Shown here piece by piece: positions 62,710 to 64,000 of a stretch of DNA of 64,000 bases. A model generated the notes under the pieces. That model did no database searches. It saw only the letters and a list, made by a program, of their open reading frames with translations, and had not been told where the DNA came from. Each line of letters begins with the position of its first letter. Position 1 is the first letter of the stretch. This DNA is from an uncultured Chthonomonadaceae bacterium (GTDB lineage: Bacteria > Armatimonadota > Chthonomonadetes > Chthonomonadales > Chthonomonadaceae). The DNA is taken from assembly GCA_963817895.1 (NCBI GenBank), contig CAWFQB010000003.1, positions 64,001-128,000 of the forward strand, in the 5' to 3' direction. The position numbers and the translations under genes were made by a program.

Positions 62710-62929
62710 TGGTCACAGACACGTACAGTTACGATTCCCATGACAAGCTGACGGGCATAACGGGAGGCATGAACAAGACGTATGGCTACGACAGCAACGG
62801 CAACTGCACCTCCGTTACTGTCGGCAGCGCGGTTACGACTGTCGCCTACGATGTCGAGAACCGCGTCACGCAGATCACGTATCCGAGCAGCGCGGTCAAT
62901 ACGTTCGCGTACAACGGCGAAGACTTGCG
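62710..62929 (+). pseudogene. Orphan rhs core fragment
   Basis: Near-identical to about 60309-60527 (VTDTYSYD.HDKLTGI..AYNGEDLR), cut off at both ends. Confidence 0.9.
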
Positions 62930-62946
62930 CTACGCGTGCTTATGGC

Positions 62947-64000
62947 TCACCGCATGGAACTTTGCAGCGTTTGGAGGTCGGTTTCGGGAAGGTGGCCTGT
63001 GTAGAGGAGGGTCAGGTCGCCTTCGGGAACGGTTTCGCGCCAGGCCCAGCCGCCGGGGACTCGGCGCGGGCGCATCTGGCCGGGACGCGCCGGTTTGGCG
63101 GCGTTGGCGGGCGCGAGCGTCTCGAACAGGCTGAAATGGTTGACGCCGCTCGAATAGCGCAGCAGCACGGACGCGCGGTTGGCCCGAAGGTTCTGCGCGA
63201 ATACCCACACGCCGTCCAGTATGTAGCCGGGCGGAAGCTGCTTCGGCTCCCGAACGGTAAACGGAACCTGACTCCGCGCCTGCTCCACACTCGTAAACAT
63301 CGGTTGCTCCTGCGGGAACAGCGGGAACGTGGTGGCCGGGGGCAATAAGCGCGGATCGAATTTTGTCGCGTCCGGGGTTGTTCCCACCGCAATGTTCTTC
63401 ATGTACGTGGAGGAAATCTGCCGTCCCGCGCTGTCGTAGCGATCCATGCGCAGCAGGATTCCCGTCTCTTTATCCAGATACACGACCTTCCGCGCCTCGT
63501 CCGTTGCCCCGGTCAGCGCGGTCACGGTGACAATATTCGCGCTTCGGCCCGCAACCATCTCCTCACCCGTAACCTGAATACGGACGCGGCCCGTTTTTGC
63601 CATTGCCCGCAGGCGCGCGTTTTTGTCGCCTTGCTCTACCGGCCAGTGCGCGGCGAATAGCTGCCGGTCGCGATTGTGGAACTGATAGGATTGGTTCGGC
63701 AGGGTCAGAACCACGTCGCCCCTGATCGTTTCGGGGGAAAGATATTCGCGCCGCGTTCGCCCGGTCGTGTCACCCGTAATCATCTCTTCCGAAGCCGAGC
63801 CGTTCATGCTGGCGTTCGAAACCTCCACGCCCTCGTAATTGACGCCGGGACGAAACATCTTCCCCAGCATTTGCAGAGCGGTCGGGTCAATGTTCCCCTG
63901 CATCTTGATTCGCGCTCCGCCGCCGGGGAACGCCCCCACAGCGCGATTTGGTCGCGCCGGGGCCGGAGTTGGGGTTTGTGACTGCATGGGAGCGGCCCGC
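62947..64000 (-). CDS. MucB/RseB-like (LolA-fold) periplasmic protein, 5' end outside window
   Basis: VAGRSA, YLDKETGILLRMDRYD, P..LPPGY, LRYSSGVNHFSLFE. Confidence 0.7.
   Translation of the reverse strand, partial: RAAPMQSQTPTPAPARPNRAVGAFPGGGARIKMQGNIDPTALQMLGKMFRPGVNYEGVEVSNASMNGSASEEMITGDTTGRTRREYLSPETIRGDVVLTLPNQSYQFHNRDRQLFAAHWPVEQGDKNARLRAMAKTGRVRIQVTGEEMVAGRSANIVTVTALTGATDEARKVVYLDKETGILLRMDRYDSAGRQISSTYMKNIAVGTTPDATKFDPRLLPPATTFPLFPQEQPMFTSVEQARSQVPFTVREPKQLPPGYILDGVWVFAQNLRANRASVLLRYSSGVNHFSLFETLAPANAAKPARPGQMRPRRVPGGWAWRETVPEGDLTLLYTGHLPETDLQTLQSSMR

Noticed and set aside
62462..62722. 86-aa minus-strand ORF
   Set aside because: No recognisable motif or RBS, and it overlaps the orphan rhs fragment.

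Overview
A 64-kb window of a GC-rich bacterial chromosome. The taxon is probably Armatimonadota; this is an inference from PEP-CTERM tails, a prepilin/H-X9-DG protein and the repeat style. Housekeeping and metabolic genes include pcm, lysS, greA, trmFO, rapZ-yvcK, bcp, chrA, a Tat-signal catalase, GH30/GH51 glycosidases and a two-component system. A sulfur cluster (sulfite/nitrite reductase, ssuABC-like transporter, Rrf2 regulator, pilin-like gene) is tied together by three copies of a 28-bp operator. One intact IS has 17-bp TIRs and a 7-bp TSD. There are two accessory loci. (i) A ~13.5-kb island where an HTH-TPR regulator faces a run of exported proteins, with transglutaminase-like or metallopeptidase enzymes alternating with signal-peptide ankyrin proteins. 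(ii) A lipoprotein C39 peptidase next to an Rhs protein that has a double-glycine-like pro-leader, a six-hairpin RNA leader, a Pro/Gly/Tyr-repeat payload and no immunity gene. Short 7-9-nt tandem-repeat and palindromic elements fill intergenic gaps and are inserted in frame inside at least five protein genes. About a dozen single-base frameshifts are most likely long-read or assembly errors. No rRNA, tRNA or CRISPR array was seen.
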